From assembly GCF_006345805.1 (NCBI RefSeq), contig NC_042997.1:3410001-3474000 (forward strand): DNA of 64,000 nucleotides, read 5' to 3'. A program made the position numbers and the translations under genes. The DNA is from Octopus sinensis. Lineage: Eukaryota. The notes under the pieces were generated by a model, which was not told where the DNA came from, searched no databases, and saw only the letters and a list, made by a program, of their open reading frames with translations. This document shows, piece by piece, positions 38,078 through 52,149 of this stretch (the first letter of the stretch is position 1; every line of letters starts with the position of its first letter).

Positions 38078-38242
38078 ACGGCCATAGTTCAGTTTACGCT
38101 TAAGAAATCCACTCACCTGGTTTTAGTCGGCTCAAGGCAATAGCAATAAATGTTTTCCGAAAGTATCTCTCATGGGGACTGAACCAGAAGCAATATTGTT
38201 GGGAAGCTAACTTCTTAGCACACAGCCATCCCTACGCCTCAA
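38078..38242 (-). mobile_element. tRNA-SINE family C (duplicate at ~39862-40022)
   Basis: Reverse complement ggcgtagggatggctgtgtgctaagaagttagcttcccaac...ggttcagtcccc. Confidence 0.75.
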
Positions 38243-39050
38243 ACATTAAAACTACGTTAGGTATTTACTGCCAAATCCGTGTCACTTTTGAAGTTCTCAA
38301 AGTGCTGCAATTTTGTAGTTGCATTTTCTCCATAGATTATAAGACACGGTTTTTCTATGGCATTCTTTAATACGTTATATTACTTGCAAATATATATATA
38401 TATATCCAACTTCTGCTTCATATCTAATATTGACATCTACTCATGAATGTGACCTATTCACACAAGGCATTACATCTTTCTAGCACGCTTCCCACTTGTT
38501 ATACATTTCCGTTGATATACATTTTTTTAATCGAATCCCCTTTAAGTTAAGCACAAACATTAATATAACGTGTATATGAAACAGTTGCCGGATATCCGGA
38601 TTACGGCTTGCATGCTTCCGTTCACTAGAGTTTTCCAGTTCAAACAATTCTTCATACTGAAACTGATAAAACGTTTAGATTCCATAGGTAGTATGACATT
38701 TAAAGTATTATCAACCTACAAAGTGATTACACGAACCGAAACCTATAATGAAGCTGTTACAAATTTCCTCTTTTGATGTATTCTACCTATTTATATTACG
38801 GCTTTGGTGATTATAACATCTATCAGGCAGATATAGTGAAACAGCAACAGTAAAGAATTTCCACGCACACAGACACACGCACACAGAGATACACACACAG
38901 ACACACGCACAAACACAGACGCGTACACATGCACAAACATAACAGCACACACATTCACACACAAGCACATAAACACACATACATTTATATATTTATGTCT
39001 ATATATATATATATATATACATATATGTGTGTGTGTGTCTCATATATATA

Positions 39051-39136
<86 letters not shown>

Positions 39137-39774
39137 TGTGTGTGTGTGTGTGTATAGGCAAATTTGTTTGTGAAAATGCACCTAAATTTGAAAAACTTAC
39201 TAGTGCTCAAAATATTCGTAAACTTAGATGTCTTTAAAGAGACTCGTTCCACAAGGTAAAGAAAGTCTATAGTAGGAATCAAATTGTGTAGGTATATAGA
39301 CAATTATATATTCTTTTCTTCTTGTCATTTGACAGCGGCCAAGCTGGACGACCAACTTTAGTCGCAGAAATCGAGCCCAGGACTTATTCTTTTTAAGTCT
39401 AATACTTATTCCATCATTTTCTTTTGCTAATTGGTAGAGAAAATGAGAGGAATTTTGGGGAATTGAATCTGGACATGCATATATATATATATATATATAT
39501 ATGACGGGATTTTATCAGTTTCTCTCCCCCAAATCCACTCAGACGGCTTTGGTTGGTCCGAGGGTAAAGTAGAAGACACTTGGCCAAGATGCAACGAAGT
39601 GGGAATGAACCGGCAGCATGTGATTGGAAAGCAAGCTACTTACATAAAGCCACACATGATGTGTCTAATTTCTTCTTACGCATAAAAGGCTTGCGCTCTC
39701 TCTCTCTCGCTCTCTCTCCACACACACACACACACGCACACACTCACACACGCACACACTCACACACACACATG

Positions 39775-39829
<55 letters not shown>

Positions 39830-40834
39830 AAACGTGTGCATATGTGTGTGCCTGTGTGTGCGACGGCCATAGTTCAGTTTACGCTTAAGAATCCACTCAC
39901 CTGGTTTTAGTCGGCTCAAGGCAATAGCAATAAATGTTTTCCGAAAGTATCTCTCATGGGGACTGAACCAGAAGCAATATTGTTGGGAAGCTAACTTCTT
40001 AGCACACAGCCATCCTACGCCTCAAACATTAAAACTACGTTAGGTATTTACTGCCAAATCCGTGTCACTTTTGAAGTTCTCAAGTGCTGCAATTTTGTAG
40101 TTGCATTTTCTCCATAGATTATAAGACACGGTTTTTCTATGGCATTCTTTAATACGTTATATTACTTGCAAATATATATATATATATATCCAACTTCTGC
40201 TTCATATCTAATATTGACATCTACTCATGAATGTGACCTATTCACACAAGGCATTACATCTTTCTAGCACGCTTCCCACTTGTTATACATTTCCGTTGAT
40301 ATACATTTTTTTAATCGAATCCCCTTTAAGTTAAGCACAAACATTAATATAACGTGTATATGAAACAGTTGCCGGATATCCGGATTACGGCTTGCATGCT
40401 TCCGTTCACTAGAGTTTTCCAGTTCAAACAATTCTTCATACTGAAACTGATAAAACGTTTAGATTCCATAGGTAGTATGACATTTAAAGTATTATCAACC
40501 TACAAAGTGATTACACGAACCGAAACCTATAATGAAGCTGTTACAAATTTCCTCTTTTGATGTATTCTACCTATTTATATTACGGCTTTGGTGATTATAA
40601 CATCTATCAGGCAGATATAGTGAAACAGCAACAGTAAAGAATTTCCACGCACACAGACACACGCACACAGAGATACACACACAGACACACGCACAAACAC
40701 AGACGCGTACACATGCACAAACATAACAGCACACACATTCACACACAAGCACATAAACACACATACATTTATATATTTATGTCTATATATATATATATAT
40801 ATACATATATGTGTGTGTGTGTCTCATATATATA

Positions 40835-40903
<69 letters not shown>

Positions 40904-41098
40904 TAAATACGTGTGTATGTGCGTATATGTATAATAACGCACTCTTAAATATACATCTATATGAAGACAGAAATACGCTCATATCCTTCATATTAACGCA
41001 TACATAACTTCGACCCATTCTCCCGTTCTTCCTTCACCTTTCCTTTGCACATGGACTCACAGAAAGATGACACACACACGCATGAACGCACACGCTTG

Positions 41099-41151
<53 letters not shown>

Positions 41152-41264
41152 TATATATGCGATATGTACATATATGTGTATGTATTCTATATATGTATAC
41201 GTATGTGTATACACAAAGATGCATATATATATGTATGTTTGTATATAAATATGTACACGCACAT

Positions 41265-41296
<32 letters not shown>

Positions 41297-41307
41297 GTAT
41301 ATATATT

Positions 41308-41372
<65 letters not shown>

Positions 41373-41596
41373 GTATATGTATACATATATACGTGTGCAT
41401 GTTAGTGCTGTGTATAAGCATTTATATACACGAGTCTTAGTATATTTACGAATGCTCTCACATGCATTATGTCTGTGTACCCATATGTTTACATTCATAC
41501 ACAAATACAGTCATACACAGACAAACACACCATATACATATGCATATACACACATATGTATATAAATTATGTGTATGTATATGTATGTGTACATTC

Positions 41597-41760
41597 ATAG
41601 ATGAGGCTGGGTGGCAAGAGACTTGCTTCTCAAGCAAATGGTTCCAGGTACAGTCACATTGCACGGTAGCTTGGGCAAGTGTCTTCTATTAAATCCCCGG
41701 CCGACCAAAGCTTCGTGAGTGCATTTGGTAGATGGAAACTGAAAGAAGGCCTTTGTATCT
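41597..41760 (+). mobile_element. tRNA-SINE family C
   Basis: ggctgggtggcaagagacttgcttc...ggttccaggtacagtc...ttgggcaagtgtcttcta...gaccaaagc..gtgagtgcatttggtagatggaaactgaaagaag. Confidence 0.8.
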
Positions 41761-41789
41761 ATACACACATACATACGAACATACATACA

Positions 41790-41823
<34 letters not shown>

Positions 41824-41859
41824 CATACATACATATATATATATATATGTGTGCATGTA

Positions 41860-42015
41860 GTTTTCTCTCCTTTTTTCTCTTCTTTTTTTTCTCCCCTTGT
41901 TTCTCTCTTTTTTTCTCTCCTTTTTTTCTCCCCTTGTGTTTTTCTGTGTATCTTTCTGTCGAAGAGCGTAGGCTCGAAACGTACAATCCTTTTTCTATTC
42001 CTAAGCGCTATACTA

Positions 42016-42020
<5 letters not shown>
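41860..42020 (+). mobile_element. Solo PLE pseudo-LTR with hammerhead-like motif (41951-41988)
   Basis: tcttt-CTGTCGA-A-GAGC(GTAG)GCTC-GAAACGTA, followed by ttcctaagcgctatactaataca; same family as the 7800-7978 pLTR. Confidence 0.8.
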
Positions 42021-42062
<42 letters not shown>

Positions 42063-42076
42063 TGCGTGTGTGTGTG

Positions 42077-42113
<37 letters not shown>

Positions 42114-42975
42114 TTATATCCATTTATGTGTCTGTGCCTGTCAATCCACCAACGCTTGGCAACCGATGTTGATGTGTTTATATCACCCTAACTTAGTGTT
42201 TCTGTAAAAGAAATATAAAGAATAACTCCTGAGGCCTAGCTTTGACCAAAGGCGGTGCTCCAGTATGACCGCAGTCAAATGACTGAAATATGTATCAGCA
42301 TAAAATAATATAATAATATACATATTATTACATAATGTACATGCATACATAATCAAATGATATACGCATCTCTATATGTTTTCATATACTCGTAAACAGT
42401 GAAAATGCTACGATTCAACGAATGATCAATAAACCTGTTCTATGATTAAATAGTATTAATATGCATGTAATTGTGTTGCTGTGATGCTTGTGTATGAATT
42501 TGTATTTTTGGGCTGTTACCAGCGTTCAGATGTATGTTATAGCGGTATAATGTATTTGTGTGCATGTGCGCGTGCGTACGTGTGTGTGTTGTGTGTTTAT
42601 GTGTGTGTGCGTGTTTGTGTTTCTGTACAGGAATTCAGGAGCTGTTCAGGAGGAAATGTTAGAGGAAAGTCAAAGATTGATTGGAGTGGCTAGAATATGT
42701 AAGTGCCATAATTAGATGAAGCAAGAATATTTACAAGATCACTTAGGTATCTATCGAGAGAGAAAGCCATTGAAATGGAATAAAACAGGCAGAGCGAGGG
42801 AAGGTTGAATATACCAAACATCAAATATAGACAAGAGGATGTAGAGAGTAAAAAAAAAGGAAATATATAGAATTAAAATTCTTTCCAGTGACTTACAGAA
42901 AGAGGGGGAGCAGAGGGAGATTCACTGCAGCATAGACATACATAACATACATGTACATGTGTGTGTCTCAGCGTA

Positions 42976-43169
<194 letters not shown>

Positions 43170-43339
43170 GGTGTGTCTGTATGTGTGTGTGTGTGTTTAT
43201 ATCTATGTATCTGACTGTCTGCATATGTTTCTCTTTCACTCTCTGTCTCTCTCTATATATATCATCTTTTTCTCATTTACATCTAGTTTCAGTTCACGAG
43301 CTGTGGCCATGCTGGTGCACAGTCATTCGGTGTTGCTAC

Positions 43340-44105
43340 ATAATTTTACTTCACGAATGCCTTTCAGCAATTGACGCTTGGTGCATGAGAGAGTTTGATG
43401 CAGCAGCCCTCATTTTGGACACCTGACTGGAAGAGGTTCAGCTTTATTTTAAAGACATCCGCATCCACCCCGTGCAGGTCTCTCAGGTCCTTCGGAAGGA
43501 TATTCAAGAGCTGTGGACCTCTGAAGCCCAGACTATCGCAGTATCTTGTCCAACATCTTGATGGCAAATTTGGAGTCCTTGGCACTATGCCGTGGCGCCC
43601 AGTTCTAGTATTTGTGTAACTCTCGATGTCAAAGTTTGGGACAATTCCTTCCAGGATCTTCCAGTTGTATGTTATGGCATATCTTTCTCGCCTACGCTCT
43701 AAGAAATATTGTCTTAATCTCTTGAGTCTTTCCCAATATCTTACATGCTTCATAGAGGCTATCTTCTTCTTGTAGCTTCGTTGGATTGCTTCAAGTTCTG
43801 TGATTAATTTGACACTGGTTGGTGACCATAGCTGAGAGCAATAGTCAAAGTGAATTAGGACAAGTGTCCTCCAGAGGAACATCATGGTCTCTTGGTATCA
43901 TGTTCTGAAAGCTTTCAGAATCCATCCGGTCAGCCGCCTACATTTCATTGCCAATTTACTAACATGCACATGAAAGGTTGCATCATTACTCATGTAAATA
44001 CCCAGGTCTCGCACTGATTGTGCCTCTGGGATTGCAATCCCTCCAGGTCCAGTGTATTTATTGGGTATTGCATTTAGTTTTGCATGCTGATAGCATAAAG
44101 CTTGA
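43340..44105 (-). mobile_element. CR1/L2-like LINE RT C-terminal fragment
   Basis: VRDLGIYMSND.TF..H, DYCSQLWSP...LEAIQR, YWERLKRL...LERRRERY...WKILEG; 5' end at (TA)n. Confidence 0.9.
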
Positions 44106-44112
44106 AATATAT

Positions 44113-44187
<75 letters not shown>

Positions 44188-44559
44188 GGGGCAAATAATT
44201 CACGAGAAAATTAATTCAGGAAAAAATAATTTGCGAAAATACCATTGACTCTATTGCTATCTAGTGTATCAATTTAAAAATGATAAAAACATGATAAAAT
44301 GATAATATAGGGGATTTTAGGCCCCAGAGAGCATTAAATAGCTAAATGATTAAAATTAATCCAAGGGCATGCTAAGTATGTCTACCTGCTGGAAATAACA
44401 GTGAATGGTACGGCACCTCCTAGAATTTCTATACAAATTCACGCCAATAATTATTTTTGTTAAACCTGAAATTTACTCAGTCGAAAACTTTTGTCGAAAC
44501 GCTAATATACTTAGAGATAAACACACCAACACCAGTTACCAAGCGCTGGTGGAGGACAA

Positions 44560-44930
44560 ACATAGCCTCAAAGAGTATTCGAGCGGTCCCAAGCAGTGCT
44601 GTTTTCTGCAAGTGCTCCACCCTTATTGCAACCATTATTTTTTCCCCGAACTTCTCAATATGTTTATTCACTTTTCCCAGGGCTCCGTCAATTATTGGTA
44701 CTACTACCACCCTTTTCAGCGAAAAAAACTACTTAACCTCCAAATCTAACCTGTAATATCTTTCGACTTTTCTCTCTTCCTTATCGTATACCTTGTTGTC
44801 AGCTGGGCATGCTATATCTATGATCCAGCATAGTTTGTGTCTTTGTCAATTAAGACTTTGTCAAGCTTCATATTCTCTATGACATGGTTGCAGTTTACCG
44901 TCATGGAGATTCTTATAGTAGCAGAAAAGG
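44560..44930 (-). mobile_element. R4/Dong-like RLE C-terminal fragment
   Basis: VVVPIIDGALG...LQKTALLGTARIL; upstream decayed xxDxVLIDK...WIIDIACPADN. Confidence 0.8.
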
Positions 44931-45257
44931 AACTTTTAACTCGTTTATCTAATTTTGGTATGTGTTGAAGCAGTTACCTGATTATAATTACAATTATAGC
45001 TAATTATAATTATGTGGATAATTTTACCTATAAAGGTTATTTTAACGTACTGATCTACTTGGTACAATTATTAATTAATTAATTAAATTAATACATTTTA
45101 CCCTTCTATTATTAATTTATTATTATTAATTACTAATATAAGTATTTATTACTAATATAGTCATGCTATTTTTACACACGTTATATTATTTCATAAAGCT
45201 CTTATTTAAAATTTTATACATATATATATACTATATATACATATACATATATATATA

Positions 45258-45366
<109 letters not shown>

Positions 45367-45394
45367 ACATATATAAGGCATTACTCTGCTGTGA

Positions 45395-45500
45395 GCTATA
45401 TTACAAATTACTTGGCCAGATGACGTCCTGTGGAACTGAATCCAAAACCACGAAGTTGCAAAGTGAACCTCTTAACGAAGCAGCCATGTCTGTGCGTATA
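45395..45500 (-). mobile_element. tRNA-SINE family C head fragment
   Basis: Reverse complement atggctgcttcgttaagaggttcactttgcaac...ggattcagttccac. Confidence 0.55.
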
Positions 45501-46378
45501 GTCACTGAGTTTAACAGTTGTTGTACCTGGTATGTTACAAATTAAATAAAGCCATAGAAATGCATCTTTTGTATGGATTTATCCTATCCTTTGATGGGCA
45601 TTATAATATAATGTGTGTAAAAATAGTACGACTATATTAGTTATAAATATTTTTCCATCATGATCAAAATAGTTTTATTTCATGGAAAATAAATTCTCCA
45701 CTTTATTAATACGAGACTATTCAATGTTAGGACTTCCGTAATGTTTAGAGGGAATTTATGAAAACCGATGAGAATTAAAATATCTTCAAGTAATATACGA
45801 AAATTACGTTGTAGCTTAAGACAGCAGGGAATATAGCTCTCTCTATGTAAACTTGCATATTACGCTGTGTGTGGAATGGTCTGTGTTGGAAGAGAGTGAA
45901 AGTGTCAAGGATAATATGAAGATGATAGACAGAGACTGAACTTCAAATGCTCACCAAATCCATAGATATTGAGAGAAAGCGATAAAACACGTATTCAACA
46001 CATGTATTTAATATTTAATATAAGTGAAATGTCAGCATATTTACTTTGGGGTTTTCTGAGTTCGTTAGAAAGTTATGAAGCAAAGGTCACAGTAGAGTTA
46101 ATATTTCTTGGTGTAAGGATGTTAAAGCATGTTTAAAGCCCTTAGAAAGTGAAACAAGTAAAAGAATAGATGTAAATTTGTCTCAGGCTTCATTTCAATG
46201 ATCCAATTCAAATATATATAGAATTTAACGTTTTCTGATAATCTGACAGCATAAAGCTTTATTTTCTAAGGAATATTGATTCCCATATTGGAAGGCAAGA
46301 CATGAGACCATATTGGACGTAAGGCCAAAGAGATATAGCAGTTTCTACGTAATCCTTCATTTTTTACATTCGAAAATT

Positions 46379-46417
<39 letters not shown>

Positions 46418-46421
46418 TATT

Positions 46422-46685
46422 ACCCCAGAAATCTTTTTGCTTTCCCCGGAAGTGTAGAGTATCTCTAGCTACAATAGGGACAACATGGATTTCTTCCATC
46501 TTCTTGCTCTGTTAAAGTATTTGAAGAAAATTATATTACTGTGTGCGACAGATTAAAAATATATATATTTCTGTAGCTGATGATAGCGTTGCATTTAAAT
46601 TGATGTAATGATTGCATGGTTCCCTTGAATGGAACCGCTTCAAACAGTCGTACTGCGTCATTTTTGATACTTTGTTGTTACTTCG
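46422..46685. repeat. Unclassified dispersed repeat (~270 bp), second copy at 61828-62099
   Basis: Co-linear blocks in both copies: accccag, tagctacaa..g.gacaacatg, ctgttaaa.tatttga, cagattaaaa, tgatgatagc..tgcatttaa, ggtcgtactgc/agtcgtactgc. Confidence 0.8.
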
Positions 46686-46923
46686 AACTGTGCTGATATA
46701 ATACCAGACTGATTTGATGCTTTAATTTAGGGTATCTAAAAGATACCTCCGCGCTAGATATAGCAGCCATATCATGACTCTAAAACCACATAAAATGTTC
46801 ATACAACATCAGGAGAGAAGATAAATGAACAAAATTAACTAGCAAAAAATTACTGGATAATTCCAGATCTCAGATAAGAAATGCGTTGCGTCATCAGTGG
46901 AATATACACAAATAGTAACATAA

Positions 46924-47034
<111 letters not shown>

Positions 47035-47061
47035 CATATATAACTTACGAATACGTACTTG

Positions 47062-49165
47062 TGTAGACGCAGGCCATCAAATGTCCGAACAAGTCTGGCA
47101 TACTAACACAAAATTCGTAGGAAGACCACCCAGCCCCGGCGATTTGTCCCTGGCGTACTCAGCCTCTTCAACCTCCGTAGCCGTAATCGACATTTCACAG
47201 CATTCCGCCTCCCAGGCTGAGATTCGTGGCCTACCGGCAAGGAAGTCCTTTACGGGCTCCTCACGTTCCAGTCCGCCGTTCTTCTAGAACAACCGGGCGA
47301 AATACTAGTGAAAAGCCTTTTGCATCTCCCCTTGTCCCTCCATCGAACAACACTGTTCGTCTGTTATACACATAATAGAGGCTTCTCTGCTTCTCTGATT
47401 CTCCACACGATGTGCTCATCCGTCAACATTAATACATCCTCTTCCCACTGCACGAAGTTTAGCTCTGACCCGACACCCTTCGTGCTTGGCTTTGAGATAA
47501 CGGTACAAAACCTCTCTCGCCGCCATCAGTCTGGATGCAGAGTCAGACTCCATGACTTTATCTAATGCCTTAGTTTAACGTCCCTTGTTTTCTAGTCTTG
47601 TCTCAATTTAACTGCTTAATAAATCTAATAGACTCAAAACGAATGTCTTGTTTGAGGGTGCACCACCTATCATTGAAAATGGCGCCTGTTAATGCCCTTC
47701 GGACTAACTGATTAACCCGAGCACTGAAGGTTTTATCAGTAAAATAGACTTGTTCGTCTTATATCCAGGTCCCTGTCTATCACACTTTACGAGGTACACC
47801 ATACTCGTCACAAACTTGTGGTCTGTGTAGGGACACAAAAAAAGCGTGGTCAACTACCCTTATCACTATCTCTAAGAATTATCATGTCTAAATAAGATCT
47901 GTATGAACCGTCGTTATTAGACCATGTCTTTTTAAAGTCAGAATTTAAAGTCAGCCGCGCCAACACTACCACTCGTTCGTAGAGAATAGTGTTAAAGTCT
48001 CCTAATACATCTAGAGTTTTTCCGATCGACTTGTTTTCGTCAACTTTTGCTCTTGTCACCGCCTCGGATCCTCTGATAGCATTTCCTACACGAGGTAGCT
48101 GTGCTTCATTGGACACGATGAACACGACGTCGTCCGCTTAAGCAGAAACAGGCTTCTGTCTCCGATTTCATCAGTGTTACCTCCCAACCTCTCCAACTTC
48201 CGCAGCAATGGCTCAAGAGCCAAAACATACACAAGCGGAGATAAGGGACACCCTTGACAAACTGAGCGCTTGATCGAAAACGGCTCCATCAGGTAACCGT
48301 TTATCTGGACTATGGAATTGATACCGCTGTACATAGCGGAGATACACCTGCGGAAGTTCGAGCCCAGCACACCCGCTTAAAGGACCGCCGACAGGTACTG
48401 ATGGTCAATCCTATCAAATGCTTTACTTTGGTCTAAATGGACCATTGCCCCACCTTTGCCGGCTAATTTACACAACCCGTCTAAGGTGTAGCAGATGAGG
48501 TGAAGATTGTCCTGGATCGACCTACGCGGTATTGCACATGTCTGTCTCTCCCGACAAGTTTCTCGACGACAACCGTCTTGGACAAAATCTTTAACTCTGT
48601 ATTAAGTAGAGTTATGGGCCTGTAGTTACTAACACTATCCCCCTTGCTCGAGTTCTTCTGGACCAGCGTCACCACTCCCCGGCTCATAGCACTGGGAATT
48701 CTCTCATTCTGTTGCCAATTTGTATAGACGCTTGCCGAACAAGTCAGGCATGCTACGGTAAAACTCAGATGACAGAACATCTAGCACCGGTGACGTTTCT
48801 CCGGCGCACATGGCCAACAACACTTTTACCTCCGCGGGAGAGATCGGGCTTTCACAGCACCTCGCCTCACTTGCCGAGAGTCGCCGGCCACCAGGTAGAA
48901 AGTCCTTTAAAGCTTCCCCGTGCTCCAGTGGATCGTTCTCTCCTAACAACCGTGCGAAATGCTGGTCGAAAACCTTCTGCATCCTGTCCATAGATCTTGC
49001 GCCCTGATCGTCAGTTTAAGACTTAATATCGGTATATTTACTTCTCTGTCACTCCACTCGGTGTGCCCATCCAGTGTATTCGATGGCCCGATGACTGACG
49101 ATATGCTGGCGTGGGTTCTTGATTCGACATCCGAAGATCGAAGTTTTATCATGGCTACCGAGTAA
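47062..49165 (-). mobile_element. Tx1/L1-clade non-LTR retrotransposon RT region, degenerate
   Basis: SPISPAEV...SPVLDVLSSEFY (SPGxDGLxxEFY), GVVTLVQK...NYRPITLLNTELKILSK, DQSKAFDRIDH.YL, SVCQGCPLSPLVYVLALEPLL, SAxADDV; microsatellites at both ends. Confidence 0.9.
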
Positions 49166-49187
49166 TTGTCACACGTATTTAGATACA

Positions 49188-49265
<78 letters not shown>

Positions 49266-49269
<4 letters not shown>

Positions 49270-49450
49270 TGTTATATTTCGGAATGGTCATATTGCCAGT
49301 TTAGCCAATAAAAACACACGCACTATATATTTAGTGTTATTTTGCTTCAGTGATATTTATTTTTTACATTAATCTTAATCTTATGTGTAATAGAACTCAT
49401 TTCTTCAATATCTAAACTGGCAATATGACCATTCCGAAATATAACAATAT
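49266..49450. repeat. Perfect 39-bp inverted repeat with 107-bp spacer
   Basis: 49266-49304 atattgttatatttcggaatggtcatattgccagtttag is the exact reverse complement of 49412-49450. Confidence 0.92.
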
Positions 49451-49504
49451 CTGTTTCAACACACGACTTCACATAAAAAATCTTGCACAACAAATATTTA
49501 AACG

Positions 49505-49576
<72 letters not shown>

Positions 49577-50613
49577 GTATGTATATATATATAAATTGTA
49601 TTCATATGTATACACATATATTATATATACAGATATATAATATATACCCATACATGCATATGCATGTACGTATTTTCTAGAAATAGATTGAATACATAGA
49701 CAACTGTATAACATGGACGTATGGTATGCTACCATTTATATTAGAAATATATCAAACGTTCTTTATTTCTTTTTTGCAATTCAGATTATGTAAAGTTAAA
49801 CAATAAGTAAGTAGTTCAGTTCACAAAACTTTACAGCAAGTTAATATCATGCGACGTGATCCGTTACTTAAACTTCCACTTGCGAAAAATCAGTCGATGA
49901 ACTTGTCAGAAGTGGGATGCAAGCAATTTCATGTGTCTTAAAAGAATCCACGATTTTCAAGTCTCATCAAATACAATGCAATTCCAATAAGAGATAATGT
50001 GTAATAGAACTCATTTCTTCAATATGAAAGTCTACACTAATAAAGTATGGAGAGTTCTTGAAAATTGCGATTAGTGCATATTGTGAAAAAGACAATCGAA
50101 TGGACCAGCAGAAGTTAATCTCAGTTGACACATATGCGCATCATTTTCAGTATTAACGTGTATTTCTAATTAGAGATAACCGTCTGTTGTTTATGGTCTA
50201 AAGCCGTATACGTTCGGATACATTTGTTCTAATATATCTAATTAAATTATGAAACAGATGCCTTACTAAGTTTATCACGAGCAGCATGACATTGGCTGCA
50301 GCAAAACTAATCACTGAGAAAATTAACTAATATCAGCACACATACTCTTCGAATAGTTAACTGATTGCAGAGTAGCAGAGATTGCAGTGCGGAAGTCTTC
50401 TTTAATGGAACTAAACATGCTCGGGAGATGCGGCTGGTTGCCTAAATATTTAAAACTTCCTATGCATTTGTAAAAGTCTGTTTCTCATACCGAAAGTGTA
50501 TTTGTCTACATTTTGGAACAGAGCTAATAGGAAAATCTTGAATAGCTCTTTATACATATAATACAGAATGATCAGTTTATATAGTCTGAAAAGTATGTCC
50601 AGTACTGAAAGCA

Positions 50614-50647
<34 letters not shown>

Positions 50648-50714
50648 CTGGCATGATTTTTAACGAACACACACACACACACACACACACACACGCGCGC
50701 GCACACACACATAT

Positions 50715-50852
50715 ATTTTTCTGTCGAAGAGCGTAGGCTCGAAACGTAAAAGACGTGTTCTATTTCTATTCCTGAGCGCTATACTAATACATTTGTTTAT
50801 TTGTACTCCACCTGCCTTCGTCTTTTGTTTATTTTCGTTAACCTTCCCGTTA
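50715..50852 (+). mobile_element. Solo PLE pseudo-LTR with the best-preserved hammerhead-like motif (50716-50753)
   Basis: UUUUU-CUGUCGA-A-GAGC(GUAG)GCUC-GAAA-CG-UA-AAAGA; downstream ttcctgagcgctatactaatac...ccacctgccttcgtcttttgtttattttc..ccttcccgttatata matches 7895-7978. Confidence 0.85.
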
Positions 50853-52149
50853 TATATATATATATTATACAATTAGCTAATACTCTATACTTTTCCTTAA
50901 AATAATATTCCTTGGTTTAAACATACAATTTCTACGTATGAAAGAGGAAAGGGATGGCAGCATAGCATTTTGGAATGTACAAGACAAAAACTGACGTACA
51001 TAACAAACATAGGAGAAATCCCGATGGAAAGCATATGAGCTTGAGAGTGGATCGGCGCAGTCTTACTTTGCGACTATTTCATGGATATATTTAAATCAGC
51101 AAATGAGAGCTGGATGAAACAGTTAACATATACCTTAGATAGAATATTCTTACTGTAGATTTATATAATGATATACATATATCAAGGGCTAGTAAAACAT
51201 TAATCAGTCAACATCCCAAATGCAAAACATATGGTGACTGGCATAGTAGAACAAAATACCGCTAAAAAACTACTTGGGCCAAAGGGAGTACTGACAGTTA
51301 TTGATGGTTGAAGTTATCAACCGCTCACTATATACTAGAGATCTGAGCTTGATAACGACTTCTGGGAATGGGAGATACAATGATTGGAATATATCCTTCT
51401 AGAAAGATAATTGCCGAGGAGTGAAAATTTTGAGCTTACTAGATACTTTCAAGAAAGGTAATTTGCAAAGAAATATTAATAATTAGGTATTGACGTCCAT
51501 GATAGCGATAAATTGAAAACTAAGGGTGTTCCTGTTCATTGTGTATATTGCAGAGATGACGTAAAAACAGCAAATGCAGAAGTTCTCGTAAAAGCAAGAA
51601 TCTGCACCATGAAGAGAAAGAATCGCTTAGCGCATTTAGCGTGATACTGATTGCGTTTGAATTTCCTTGGTTCTTTGGGAAACTGAAGAATTAAGTAGGG
51701 ATCATATTTCCGGTTGACAACTAATCTCAATAATTACCCTTTTCGAAGGTTATGACAGCTATCAAATATATGAAAATCACGTGTTCCATAGAACGGTTGT
51801 ATGTAAGGAATAGAAGAAGAGGTTATCATATTGTCAACTATTTCAAAAAGAAAACAGCCTCAATAGGCGTTACCAAATCATCAGTTCGCTATCGTATCTT
51901 GCCTAGAATGCATATATCTATACATAGACAAACATACACACGCATGCATACATACATGCATACTTACAGACAGACACACACTCACGTACACATGTAGATA
52001 TATTTGCATAAATGTATGTGAGTTTGTGTGTGAGCGTATGTGTGTTTATCTATATATGCATATGCGTATAAATATATACATCCAACCGTCCCTACATACA
52101 TACATATAATACACCATATTATTGCGTGAGAATACCTTCCAGATATAAT

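Larger units (their letters stand above)
37320..40890. repeat. Near-identical tandem duplication, unit ~1.77-1.78 kb
   Basis: taggcaaatttg at 37386 and 39155; tgcata at 39051 and 40835; duplicated ORFs 37807/39580, 38570/40354 and 38929/40713. Breakpoints lie in (TA)n. Confidence 0.97.

Noticed and set aside
46577-46660. Box C/D snoRNA (TGATGA at the start of a conserved block, also at 61987)
   Set aside because: No box D CTGA at a suitable position in both copies, no terminal stem, and homology extends far beyond snoRNA size.
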